Position numbers and translations under genes: made by a program. From IMG/VR virus record IMGVR_UViG_3300033692_000022: a stretch of DNA of 64,000 nt; one strand, 5' to 3'. The notes below the pieces were generated by a model. The model was not told the origin of the DNA, searched no databases, and worked only from the letters and a program-made list of their open reading frames with translations. Positions within the stretch are counted from its first letter, which is position 1. Every line of letters starts with the position of its first letter. The DNA is from a virus (Duplodnaviria; Heunggongvirae; Uroviricota; Caudoviricetes). Of the stretch, positions 16,641 through 26,103 are shown one piece after another.

Positions 16641-16791
16641 TATAGGGAATAAAGGAAGAAGTAATAACTGAAGTTTTATACTCGTAAGATATGATCAGTC
16701 TTATAGGTATGAAATGAGAGTTTAAAGATTAGATGCGGTCCGCGGAAACGCACTAATTAATTCGTGAGTTCGAATCTCACCCCTATAGCCA
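16641..16791 (+). ncRNA. tRNA-like RNA with canonical 3' end and non-canonical body
   Basis: GTGAG-TTCGAAT-CTCAC-CCCTATA-G-CCA at 16764-16791; TATAGGG at 16641 is the perfect acceptor partner; no standard anticodon arm found. Confidence 0.45.
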
Positions 16792-16911
16792 AACAAGTTT
16801 ATGCCCGAAGATGACGGACATGTAAAATAGAGAATATCATCTACACGTATGTTTGGATAATCATACACATTATGGTTAATAACTTATACCACACCACTAA
16901 TCACCTCAATT

Positions 16912-17021
16912 GCAGTAGAGGACGGAACAGGCATCTGTCGCGCCCCTAAGTGGGTTAGGATTAATATTCGGTCAATAAAGGACCGTCTAAAGAGATGTGG
17001 GATACGCCGCCCCACCTACTG
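16912..17021 (+). ncRNA. candidate structured small RNA
   Basis: GCAGTAG/CTACTGC closing stem, GTGGG/CCCAC arm next to it and three internal hairpins. Confidence 0.4.
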
Positions 17022-17030
17022 CTTATGCTA

Positions 17031-17119
17031 TGCAAGGATGGCCGAGTGGATGAAGGCGCCAGACTGTAAATCTGGTACACGCAGACCCAACGGAGGTTTA
17101 AATCCTCCTCCTTGCACCA
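17031..17119 (+). tRNA. tRNA-Tyr(GUA)
   Basis: GCAAGGA/TCCTTGC acceptor; CCAGA-CTGTAAA-TCTGG anticodon arm; long variable region; CCA. Confidence 0.88.
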
Positions 17120-17120
17120 T

Positions 17121-17196
17121 GGACCCGTAGCTCAACTGGCAGAGTCGCCGGCTCATAACCGGCTTGTTGTAGGTTCGAAACCTGCCGGGTCCACCA
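17121..17196 (+). tRNA. tRNA(CAU), probably Ile2 (lysidine type)
   Basis: GGACCCG/CGGGTCC acceptor and CGG-CTCATAA-CCG resemble Firmicute tRNA-Ile2; CCA. Confidence 0.8.
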
Positions 17197-17372
17197 AATA
17201 TTAACTATGTAAAAAGGGGAGTTAAATATGTTTAAACTATTTCTAAAGACTTTCGGAGTTTATAAAGGAGAAACAATAATTAGGCACGGATCACTATCTG
17301 GAGTCTATGAAGTTTATGAGTTCTTCGGTAAAAACTTCGAGGTTAAAAAATAAAAACCAGGAGTGATTTGCC

Positions 17373-17606
17373 TTGTGTGACAAATTCATTAAGTATATAT
17401 CTAGGACAAATAGCACAGAAAAACTACTTAAAGAATTTACGATAATAAATAATATAATAAAAAACGAATTGAAAAGACGATATATAGATTTAGACTTGTT
17501 AAGAGAAATGTCTTTAGACTTGTTAAGAGAAATGTCACACAAATTAGCAATCGTATCCGACAAGATAATAAAAGACAAAACAGAGAGTGATGATAATGGA
17601 ACTTAA
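17373..17606 (+). CDS. hypothetical protein with 24-bp tandem duplication
   Basis: LDLLREMS occurs twice (DNA repeat 17489-17536). Confidence 0.55.
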   Translation: MCDKFIKYISRTNSTEKLLKEFTIINNIIKNELKRRYIDLDLLREMSLDLLREMSHKLAIVSDKIIKDKTESDDNGT

Positions 17607-18183
17607 AATAAACCCCGATTTACACCCCCCTCAAAACGAATCTTCTACTCACTATCTTCTCAAGCTGGTCGCGAGCAAATACCTCAAAGATAAAAAGAAC
17701 TGTAAATTCATCGCGACCGAGGTATATGTAGGAGAAGAAAAAAATCCCTATTTAAAATCAAATTATAAAACAACAAAACAAATAACCGATGTAGTCGGAA
17801 TGACAGTAAGAGGAAGGCAAAAGAAAAGAACCGCATTCAATATAGAAGTTAAAGTATCCAAAGAAGATTTCAAGGCAGGTTTTACTCTTGCAGGAGACTA
17901 CAATTATATTATGGCCCCTAAAGGAGTATTAAGCAGAGAAGATATGCCTCCGAAGGTGGGCCTTGTTGAGGTTGACCTGGATGAATTAAACTTCGACCTT
18001 GATGGAGTACAGTCTGTTAAGAATGCAAGTAAGATGCACAGTGAGGTAGTTAAGTTTAGAAGTAACTATTACAGGCAGAGCTATTACAACTTTCTAGAAA
18101 GTCAGATAGTTGCAAGCCTCACCAATGAGGTAATATACAACAACCCGTGGTTTTATCAAAATATAACTATAGAGGATGAATAA
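17587..18183 (+). CDS. PD-(D/E)XK nuclease-like protein, MmcB-like
   Basis: ATEV...TDVVG...IEVKVSKEDF. Confidence 0.65.
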   Translation: MMIMELKINPDLHPPQNESSTHYLLKLVASKYLKDKKNCKFIATEVYVGEEKNPYLKSNYKTTKQITDVVGMTVRGRQKKRTAFNIEVKVSKEDFKAGFTLAGDYNYIMAPKGVLSREDMPPKVGLVEVDLDELNFDLDGVQSVKNASKMHSEVVKFRSNYYRQSYYNFLESQIVASLTNEVIYNNPWFYQNITIEDE

Positions 18184-18388
18184 TATGGAAGAATCATTAA
18201 AGCAAGCCATAAGAGCAAGAATAGCTGAAGAAAGCCCAGAACATCTTGGAGGTTTCGATGAAGGATGGCTTGAAATAAGAGAAACTCGATTCAAGGTTGA
18301 AGAAAACGACCTTGGTAGAGGAGATGTGGTACAGGTTTTTAGTAACGAGAATGGATTTAAAAAATTAGTAACAACATTAATAACTTAA
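18176..18388 (+). CDS. hypothetical protein
   Basis: Coupled ORF. Confidence 0.6.
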   Translation: MNNMEESLKQAIRARIAEESPEHLGGFDEGWLEIRETRFKVEENDLGRGDVVQVFSNENGFKKLVTTLIT

Positions 18389-18407
18389 AAGAAAGAGGTG
18401 TTTTTTA

Positions 18408-18818
18408 ATGGCCACAGTAAAACAATTTGCTCAGGAGGTTCTTGGAGGATTAAAGAGTGTTGGCAAGATGGCCTCTAATGAAGCAGTAGAAAGTTCAAAA
18501 TCATTCTGGACTAAGCACGGAGCGAAAGCAGCTAAAGGTGCCGCTATTGGTGCCGGAGGTGGAGCAGTAATTGGTGGAGCTACAAATGCAGCCCAGGGTG
18601 AAAGTATAGTTGGCGGAGCACTCGGAGGAGCTGTTGCAGGAGCAGGAGTTGGTGCTGGAGCAGGGACAATGTCTTCTATGGGAGTAAATGACGTAATAAA
18701 AGGATCCTACAGAAAAGGAAGAAATAGAGTCGCCGGCACAAGAGCAAGAGATACCCTCTCTAAATATAGTGGAAATATTGATAGAGTATCAAATCCACTC
18801 AGTAATCCACTTTCTTAA
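18408..18818 (+). CDS. Gly/Ala-rich protein, candidate internal virion/ejection protein
   Basis: Glycine-zipper-like GAAIGAGGGAVIGG and GGALGGAVAGAGVGAG; GAGGTG RBS. Confidence 0.55.
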   Translation: MATVKQFAQEVLGGLKSVGKMASNEAVESSKSFWTKHGAKAAKGAAIGAGGGAVIGGATNAAQGESIVGGALGGAVAGAGVGAGAGTMSSMGVNDVIKGSYRKGRNRVAGTRARDTLSKYSGNIDRVSNPLSNPLS

Positions 18819-18855
18819 TATAAAATAATACTAACTTTTAGGTTGTGATTCAAAT

Positions 18856-19437
18856 ATGAATATCTATAGAAAAGCTCTTGATGGTGTTTTCACTGGATTG
18901 CTTAAGGGCGCTAAAAATTTAGCTTATGCTCCACTTGCTGGTATTGCTTCTGGCTCGGTACTAAAAGAATTACCAGAAGGATTTGCTAAGGCTACCGGCA
19001 TAAATAAAGGGCTTGGTGGCGCAATATATAAAGGCACTAATGCAGCCGCTCAGGGAGTTTCAAGAGCAGGAATAGCCGGAGTATCAATGGCCCCTAAAGG
19101 GATAGCTGAGTTAGGAAAAGGAGCTTATCATGCAGCAAAGTCTGCAATACCCGGTTTAAAAAGAGGCGCAAGTAAGACCTGGAAAGCCGTGACGAGAGAA
19201 TCTATGGATGGGCCAATGTCTCGTGAGTTGCGCCCAGTTGTTCAACATACTATAGCAGGAGCGGGAATAGCTGGTGGAGCTTATGCTGGTGTTCAAGGGT
19301 ACCAGGCCTCTAAAGAAAGAAGGCCTGGCAATATACAAAATGAAGTGCCTGCAACCTCTTACGACGGTAGGCCAAATAAAATGAGAGATATAGAAAATAC
19401 CACCGGTCTTGTTCAGGCCTTAAATGACTTAAGATAG
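18856..19437 (+). CDS. Gly/Ala-rich protein, candidate internal virion/ejection protein
   Basis: Hydrophobic IAGAGIAGGAYAG segment; position before terL. Confidence 0.55.
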   Translation: MNIYRKALDGVFTGLLKGAKNLAYAPLAGIASGSVLKELPEGFAKATGINKGLGGAIYKGTNAAAQGVSRAGIAGVSMAPKGIAELGKGAYHAAKSAIPGLKRGASKTWKAVTRESMDGPMSRELRPVVQHTIAGAGIAGGAYAGVQGYQASKERRPGNIQNEVPATSYDGRPNKMRDIENTTGLVQALNDLR

Positions 19438-19445
19438 GTGATTAT

Positions 19446-19859
19446 ATGGAAAAAACAAGTGCAGGAAAATGGCTAAAAAAACATGGGGACTTCGCCAAAG
19501 GAGTCGGAGCGGGTGCCGCTTTAGATATAGGTATGGAGCTTGCTATGGGGAACGGACTCGGAGATGGCATTAAAAATGCTGCCCTTGAAGGTTTAATGTT
19601 TGAAATGTTTCCAACTATCGGTTTTACAAGGATGCTCCTTTTACCGGCAGCTCAAGCTGGCGCACAGCTTGGTATGGCACACTATAATAATGATAAATCC
19701 CAATACGAAGATGTGTTTGATGATAAAATGGGCGGCGACTACCAGGACAGCAAAGCTGCCTACACAATGAGACAGCGCGGAATGCAGGCTATTCAAAATA
19801 GTAGAATGAATGCAAGATCCGCTTTAGGAAATACAGCCAAAATGATGCACAGATTGTAA
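19446..19859 (+). CDS. Gly/Ala-rich protein, candidate internal virion/ejection protein
   Basis: GVGAGAALDIG segment; position before terL. Confidence 0.55.
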   Translation: MEKTSAGKWLKKHGDFAKGVGAGAALDIGMELAMGNGLGDGIKNAALEGLMFEMFPTIGFTRMLLLPAAQAGAQLGMAHYNNDKSQYEDVFDDKMGGDYQDSKAAYTMRQRGMQAIQNSRMNARSALGNTAKMMHRL

Positions 19860-19863
19860 AGGA

Positions 19864-20472
19864 GTGAAGACATTGGCTAATTTCGCAGGTAAAGCAAGAA
19901 AGATATTACAAAATGCGGCCGAAGATGTAGGCCAAAAGGCAACTAAAACAGCCTCTAATTTAAAAAATAGTACTGTGGATGCTATAAATAGAACCGGTAA
20001 GAGAATAGATAATAAAATGGATGATATTTTAGATGCTCAAAGAGGTAAAGTTATTAATGACGAAGCATTTGACGCCACTAAGAGCAGAATGGGTAAGACA
20101 TATGACCTTAATACTTCAGATTATACTGTTGACGGTAGAGGAAGGGCAAGATCAACAAGAGGTACTACCAAGATGCCTAACTCAAGGCAGATAGAAAGTA
20201 ATGACCCTCTTCTAATACCAGAAGACACAACAAAGAAATATAATCGCAAAACAGCACCCAATCCTGACGGACAGGCCGCGAAAGCGACCCCAACAGAAGG
20301 GGCTAAATCAGGAAGCAATGAGGCCTCTAAAGGCAGGAGTGGCTTATTGTCGAGCGCCAAAAGACATCCAGTAGTGGCCGGTACATTGGCGGCAGGTGGA
20401 GTTGCAGGAACAACTTACATGCTCGGTAAAAGCAGAGGTAAAAGAAGCAATAGCGATTTATATAGAAGGTAG
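19864..20472 (+). CDS. protein with C-terminal hydrophobic Gly/Ala segment, candidate ejection protein
   Basis: VVAGTLAAGGVAGTTY followed by a basic tail. Confidence 0.55.
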   Translation: MKTLANFAGKARKILQNAAEDVGQKATKTASNLKNSTVDAINRTGKRIDNKMDDILDAQRGKVINDEAFDATKSRMGKTYDLNTSDYTVDGRGRARSTRGTTKMPNSRQIESNDPLLIPEDTTKKYNRKTAPNPDGQAAKATPTEGAKSGSNEASKGRSGLLSSAKRHPVVAGTLAAGGVAGTTYMLGKSRGKRSNSDLYRR

Positions 20473-20473
20473 G

Positions 20474-20490
20474 TTGTCGATTACTACAAT
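20474..20490 (+). promoter_or_regulatory. putative late promoter motif TTGTCGATTAC, upstream of terL
   Basis: Exact 11-mer also at 30595 and 44770, all intergenic. Confidence 0.65.
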
Positions 20491-20508
20491 AGATAGATAG
20501 GTGAGATT

Positions 20509-22107
20509 ATGGCTCCAGAATTAACAGAACAAGAACTTAATATGATAGAGATACTTGAGGATCCTGTTAAATTTGCATCTGCAGAACTCGACTGGCACGC
20601 CAGAGAATATCAGGAAGAGATGCTGGGGTCAGATAAAAACAGAGTAGTAATCAGAGCCGGTCGTCGTATTGGTAAGACTGACCAGGCTGTTATTAAGATG
20701 TTACACGCGGCATATACAAAAGAAGATTTTAGAGTATTAGTAGTTACTCCCTTTGAGTCACAGATTAAGCACATATTCCAGAGACTTAGAGCTCTAATCA
20801 GAAAAAGCGATATGGTTAAACAGAGTGTTACCAGAGATATCAGATCCCCCAACAGAATAGAATTTGGTAACGGCTCATATATTGTAGGTTTTACCGCTGG
20901 AACTACCGGCGGAGGCGGCGCAGCAAGCGTTCGTGGACAGGGCGCGGATTTTATTTATCTTGATGAGGCAGATTATTTAGGCGATGACGATATAGATACA
21001 ATCATATCTGTTGCTTATGAGGATGCTGAAAATGTAAGAATCTGGGCAACATCTACTCCAACAGGACGCCGAGGGCGTTTCTGGCAGTGGTGTACCAAAA
21101 AGGAATTGGGATGGCACGAATTTCATTATACATCTCATGTTAACCCTACCTGGTCTGAAGTTGCCGAACGAGATGCACGCAATAACCTTACAGAGCTTGG
21201 TTATGTACACGAGATTCTAGCAGAGTTTGGGGATATGGCAGAAGGGGTATTCCAGCGTAAGTTTGTCGAGAAGGCAGCAGAGGCTGGAAGAGAATTAAAC
21301 TTAGAGTTAGTAGACGATATAGACTATCAAGCTATTAGAACAATCGGTATCGACTGGGACAAGGCTGGGGCGGCAACACAGATTGTTGTAACAGAATATG
21401 ACCCAGAAATAGACAAGTTTTATCCTATCCACAGAGCAGAGATTCCATCTGGAGAGTTCACTTATTCAAATGCTATAGATACAATAGTGGCCTTGAACGA
21501 AGAATTTAATCCAGAATTTATTTATGCAGATCGTGGACACGGAGAATATCAGATAGAGTCACTTCATAAATATGGAATGGCTCATCCTGAGACCGGTCTT
21601 GGAGACAAGGTAAAAGGTATAAGTTTCTCAGATAAGATTAAGATTCCTGATCCACATACAAAAGAGATCGGGAAAAAGCACATCAAACCGTTTATGGTAA
21701 ATACATCGGTTCTACTGTGTGAGAATGAGAGACTGGCCCTGCCATCAAATGATGATCTGATAAAAGAGCAGATGCTCGATTATTATATTGAAAGAGTAAC
21801 TCCAACAGGAAGACCTGTTTATAATAGCGATAATGAGCACGCATTAGATGCTTTCATGCTCAGTCTACTGGCAATGCAGTTAGAGTTTACAGATATAGCA
21901 AAATCAAACTTCTCAAGCAGTGTGGCCACAGCGCCTCGCCTCGACTATGCAAAGCATAGAGAAAAGAAGCAGAAAGAGAAAAAGAAGAGCGAAAAAGCCA
22001 AAGTAGCCTTCTTAAATGCAGGTAAGTCAAGAGGAGTTAATGCTATAAGATCAAGTTTCAGCAGAAACAGAACTTTGAAGAAACCTCCAAAACGGAGTAG
22101 TTTCTAG
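20509..22107 (+). CDS. terL: terminase large subunit
   Basis: Walker A RAGRRIGKT, Walker B IYLDEAD, coupling motif TSTP, RNase H-like nuclease IGIDW...HALDA. Confidence 0.95.
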   Translation: MAPELTEQELNMIEILEDPVKFASAELDWHAREYQEEMLGSDKNRVVIRAGRRIGKTDQAVIKMLHAAYTKEDFRVLVVTPFESQIKHIFQRLRALIRKSDMVKQSVTRDIRSPNRIEFGNGSYIVGFTAGTTGGGGAASVRGQGADFIYLDEADYLGDDDIDTIISVAYEDAENVRIWATSTPTGRRGRFWQWCTKKELGWHEFHYTSHVNPTWSEVAERDARNNLTELGYVHEILAEFGDMAEGVFQRKFVEKAAEAGRELNLELVDDIDYQAIRTIGIDWDKAGAATQIVVTEYDPEIDKFYPIHRAEIPSGEFTYSNAIDTIVALNEEFNPEFIYADRGHGEYQIESLHKYGMAHPETGLGDKVKGISFSDKIKIPDPHTKEIGKKHIKPFMVNTSVLLCENERLALPSNDDLIKEQMLDYYIERVTPTGRPVYNSDNEHALDAFMLSLLAMQLEFTDIAKSNFSSSVATAPRLDYAKHREKKQKEKKKSEKAKVAFLNAGKSRGVNAIRSSFSRNRTLKKPPKRSSF

Positions 22108-22161
22108 GTTCTTTTCTAAACACCACGGGGTGCGTTTTTCCAACCCCCTTTTTCGCGCCCT

Positions 22162-23052
22162 GTGATGTTTATAAAAATAAAAGCAAAGGGTGAGTTTGTG
22201 AAGATAATAGAAGAATGGACCACACAGCAGAATGTTCAGTCGTTTTATGATAATGGCTATCTCATACCTGACAATGACTACATGGAAAATCAGTTTATTA
22301 TATTTAAGATATCAGACGGACAGGGGCACATACTGACCAGATATAAGAATGGGAAGTGTTACCCGGTACCAGAAAATATCGCATATGATGGGACAAAGCA
22401 CAAAAACCTTGAACAGCAGCTTGCAATGGATATCTTGTTCGATAAAAGCGTAGAACTATCTATTGTTACAGGAGTAGCTGGTTGTGGTAAGACATTTTTA
22501 GCCTGGGCCACCGGACTTGAACTTTTAAGAAGAGGAGAATACGAGTATTTAATTATTGGTCGGCCAATGCAGGAATTAGATGAAACACTCGGGATATTAC
22601 CGGGAGATGAAAAGGATAAATACCTACCGTATCTTGCCCCGTTTTGGGACCAGATGTCCTCACTTACAGGCAGGGATTACGGAGACTCACAGATGACAGT
22701 AATGATGCAGAAAGGAGAATTAGAACTCCTTCCTTTATCACTTATAAAAGGGAGAAACTTAGATAAGGCCTTTATCATATTGGATGAAGCTGAAGATATG
22801 ACTATCGGCCAAATACAGCAGGCGATAACAAGAATACACAACCCAGAAGGAGAGCCGCCTAGAACAAAGCTCGTACTTACTGGAGATTTAGGACAGATTG
22901 ATAGAAAAGAAAATAAGAGGGGCAGGTCCCCACTTGAATATACTATAGATTACTTTTCCGATACCGACCTTTTCGGGCATGTCAACTTAGAGCATTCCCA
23001 GAGAGGTAGACTCGCTCAATTAGGAGCAGAGATGGGGAGGGATTACGATTAA
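22162..23052 (+). CDS. phoH: PhoH-family ATPase
   Basis: GVAGCGKTFLA, LGILPGDEKDK, IKGRNLDKAFIILDEA, TGDLGQID. Confidence 0.9.
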   Translation: MMFIKIKAKGEFVKIIEEWTTQQNVQSFYDNGYLIPDNDYMENQFIIFKISDGQGHILTRYKNGKCYPVPENIAYDGTKHKNLEQQLAMDILFDKSVELSIVTGVAGCGKTFLAWATGLELLRRGEYEYLIIGRPMQELDETLGILPGDEKDKYLPYLAPFWDQMSSLTGRDYGDSQMTVMMQKGELELLPLSLIKGRNLDKAFIILDEAEDMTIGQIQQAITRIHNPEGEPPRTKLVLTGDLGQIDRKENKRGRSPLEYTIDYFSDTDLFGHVNLEHSQRGRLAQLGAEMGRDYD

Positions 23053-23095
23053 GAAAATACTTGTTGTTTCTACAAACCATAGAAGAGCAAAGCTC

Positions 23096-23338
23096 ATGGC
23101 AGAAAAGATAGCAGAAGATAGGCATGAGGATATACTTGGCTCAAAAGATTCAAATGCCTTTAATACTACAGGTGCTGAGTATACATTCATTGATGCCGGA
23201 TCGCTTGTATATCAGAGAGGCAGAAACCTTGATGAGATACTGGTTGATATGGAGTTAGATTTAAAATACGGAGAACAGTCCACTCTAGAAGGCATGATCC
23301 TAAAAAGTGACAAAAACTTTCCTATAAAACTTATTTGA
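23096..23338 (+). CDS. hypothetical protein
   Basis: ORF in the virion operon. Confidence 0.6.
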   Translation: MAEKIAEDRHEDILGSKDSNAFNTTGAEYTFIDAGSLVYQRGRNLDEILVDMELDLKYGEQSTLEGMILKSDKNFPIKLI

Positions 23339-23348
23339 GGTGTTTTAA

Positions 23349-24722
23349 GTGGCTAGAGGTATAGATACCAATATAGAAAGAAACTCAGTAGAATACCGTC
23401 CCAACCTTGAGTATATACCAAAAGAGGTATATGTAGAAAATGAGTACGAGGAAAGAACGACTTATGAGGTACCCGAAGAGTTAAACTTGGTAAGTGATAT
23501 TAAGGTAACAGATACTTACGAGTTAGTGGATGATAACTTAAAAAAGGTAAATAAGTTAATAAATGAGCTGGAGTCTGAAGTTAAAGATTACACTTCCACC
23601 ATAGACGATGAAAGCGTTGATTTTTCCAGATATAAAGAACTGAAACTTAAGGACACCCACACAGCTGGAGAAATAGATATCATAGACCAGTTCGAAGATG
23701 ATCATAGGAGCATAGAAGAAGATATTAAACTTGAAATACTTGATATGGCTTATGATCTAAAAGATGAGATACTTACTTCTCTTGGTTTTGTTAAGTCAGA
23801 CTTGCTTGAGGTTCCAGATAATTTCGACCTCGCAAAGCAGAGGGAAGAAGAGATAAAGCTATTAAATGAATGGCTTGAGACTGACATTAAGAAAAAAGAA
23901 CTCGAAAAAGAGTATAAAGAAATGAAAGACCCTACAGAGACAGAGTTAAATACCTGGCGGCGGGAATACCAGGAAGTTAATGATAAATTAGATAAACTTT
24001 CTGCTTATGGCCCAAAAGGTCGTATAGGTAGGGCACTCTATGATAGGGCAACTAAAACTGCTGAAGTTTTAGATAAGTGGGAATCACTTAAAAATAATAC
24101 AGTAGCTGATATGTTTGACGGTTATCTAGGCTGTGTTGTCAACAACTTTCTATCAAATAATAAGATAGGTTTTAATACTATCTCTATTATAAAGAGACTT
24201 AAGAAAGTGCAGGCATTACTTGAGTTTGCACATGGAAGCCTAAACGGTGACTTCCTTGATTTAAAGAAACAGATTAAAAGTATCAAGTCACTGCCACAGA
24301 GATTTGCAATGGAAGCAGGAGCCGCAGCTATTGGAGTATTCACCAAAAGAATAGGAAGATCCGTAGCTGAGTTTATAAGATACTCTACAACCGATTCAGG
24401 CTGTAAGCCATTTGAAGAGATAGGACAGGAATTAATAGATGTAACAAGAGCTTTAGATATAGAATATCAGGAATTACTTGATGACTACTATAGAACAAAC
24501 AATATAGAGTACTCACATTATAAGGATATCAACAGTAAACTTGAAGATAAGAAAAGGAAACAGGGACTTTTTAAATTGTTAGATATGCTAATTAGCTCAC
24601 TATCAACACTTGAAAAGTCAGTAAGAGAAAGGCCTCTTGATGAATGGGTAGATGACTTTCTTGAAAACAACAACCTAAATACTACTTACAATAAAGAGAC
24701 CAACCAAATCGAGAGAATATAA
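23349..24722 (+). CDS. hypothetical helical protein, probably virion-associated
   Basis: 457-aa ORF with GAGGTG RBS. Confidence 0.7.
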   Translation: MARGIDTNIERNSVEYRPNLEYIPKEVYVENEYEERTTYEVPEELNLVSDIKVTDTYELVDDNLKKVNKLINELESEVKDYTSTIDDESVDFSRYKELKLKDTHTAGEIDIIDQFEDDHRSIEEDIKLEILDMAYDLKDEILTSLGFVKSDLLEVPDNFDLAKQREEEIKLLNEWLETDIKKKELEKEYKEMKDPTETELNTWRREYQEVNDKLDKLSAYGPKGRIGRALYDRATKTAEVLDKWESLKNNTVADMFDGYLGCVVNNFLSNNKIGFNTISIIKRLKKVQALLEFAHGSLNGDFLDLKKQIKSIKSLPQRFAMEAGAAAIGVFTKRIGRSVAEFIRYSTTDSGCKPFEEIGQELIDVTRALDIEYQELLDDYYRTNNIEYSHYKDINSKLEDKKRKQGLFKLLDMLISSLSTLEKSVRERPLDEWVDDFLENNNLNTTYNKETNQIERI

Positions 24723-24739
24723 GATAAAGGGGCGTAAAA

Positions 24740-25648
24740 ATGAGTAAAGAAGACTTAGAGAGCAAAGTTAGGGAGTTCATGAAAGAACTTGAGATGGACC
24801 CCGACAAAGAGATAAGTAAAGCTGGACAGGAAAACAGCACTAAGATATTTGACAGGCTCAATGAGCAGTCAGAAGCCCAGATGCAGGAAAAGGTAGTTCA
24901 CACTTTTGATTTAGATCCAGACGGGGATAGGATACAGATTGTTCCTATTTCAGATATCCATCTTGGATCGATAAATGCTAATATTCCAAAGCTAAGAGAT
25001 TTCATTAGTTATATAGAAGAAACTCCAGATACTTACACGGTATTAACTGGAGACCTGGGGGAAAACGCCACTAAGACCTCAATCGGTCTTGGGATTTACG
25101 AACAGCGTTATGACCCGCAAACTCAAATAGAGATTTTAGAAGAAGAACTAAAACCTCTTGCAGATAAGGGTAAGATACTCGGTATTCAGCCGGGTAACCA
25201 CGAAAGAAGAATTATGCGTTCAACATCTATTGACCCTATGCGCATACTGGCCAGAAGTCTTGATGTACCTTATCTTGGTTACCAGGGTTATTTTGTAATC
25301 AATGTAGGAGACGAAAGATATGAGGCTATGACCTTCCACGGCAGATCAGGCGCCAGAACCCATGGCGGTAAAATCAATGCAGCCCACAAGATGAACAGAG
25401 TTGCCAATGTAGATTTATACATCTCAGGACACACCCACATCCTTGATTCTTCACATGACATCATAATGGAGATAGATAAAGATACAGATGAAATAACTTA
25501 TAGAAGAAGGTACTACGTAATTGCAGGTTCATTCTTAAGTTACTGGGGCGGCTATCCAGAAATGAAAGCATATTCTGTTGCTGACCAGGGTGCGATGCGT
25601 ATTGACCTATTTAAAGATAGAAAGAAAATAAAAGTACACAAGCCGTAA
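24740..25648 (+). CDS. calcineurin-like metallophosphoesterase
   Basis: SDIHLG, TGDLGE, GNHE, TFHG, SGHTH. Confidence 0.9.
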   Translation: MSKEDLESKVREFMKELEMDPDKEISKAGQENSTKIFDRLNEQSEAQMQEKVVHTFDLDPDGDRIQIVPISDIHLGSINANIPKLRDFISYIEETPDTYTVLTGDLGENATKTSIGLGIYEQRYDPQTQIEILEEELKPLADKGKILGIQPGNHERRIMRSTSIDPMRILARSLDVPYLGYQGYFVINVGDERYEAMTFHGRSGARTHGGKINAAHKMNRVANVDLYISGHTHILDSSHDIIMEIDKDTDEITYRRRYYVIAGSFLSYWGGYPEMKAYSVADQGAMRIDLFKDRKKIKVHKP

Positions 25649-25672
25649 GGCATTATAAAAGGGGAATAAAAT

Positions 25673-26080
25673 ATGCTCAGAAAAAAGATCTACCTAGCTG
25701 GCCCGGTTACAGGTAAGGATTTAAACGAGGCCAAAGAGCACAGAAGTGAGATAGAAGAAAGTTTAAAGATAAGAGGAATGCTTGCTATCTCTCCGATCAG
25801 AGGTAAAAAAGACGGGGAGCAATATGAAGCAAATGAGATAGTAGATAGAGACTTAATGGATATTAGAAATTCTGACGCTATCTTGTGTGATTATACAGAT
25901 GAAGATCACAGCTATATAGGAACAAGCATGGAAATCATGTATGCAGCAGAAAGAGAAATACCTGTATTTGTGGTGACAGAAAGTGAAAGAATTAAAAATC
26001 ACTATTGGATACAAAAATATGCAACTAAGATATTTAGTAATTTCAGAGAAGCTGCAATATACATGGAAAAGTTCTTTTAA
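25673..26080 (+). CDS. nucleoside 2-deoxyribosyltransferase-like protein
   Basis: IYLAGP, DLMDIRNSDAIL, GTSMEIMYA. Confidence 0.85.
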   Translation: MLRKKIYLAGPVTGKDLNEAKEHRSEIEESLKIRGMLAISPIRGKKDGEQYEANEIVDRDLMDIRNSDAILCDYTDEDHSYIGTSMEIMYAAEREIPVFVVTESERIKNHYWIQKYATKIFSNFREAAIYMEKFF

Positions 26081-26103
26081 TAGAGAAATAAGGAGACTGA
26101 TTA

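Noticed and set aside
16641-16791. tRNA-Sec, tRNA-Ser or tmRNA
   Set aside because: No UCA or Ser anticodon in a proper 7-nt loop, no G3-U70 alanine identity pair and too short for tmRNA.
17489-17536. 24-bp perfect tandem duplication
   Set aside because: In-frame two-copy duplication in a small hypothetical gene; most simply slippage or an assembly artefact.
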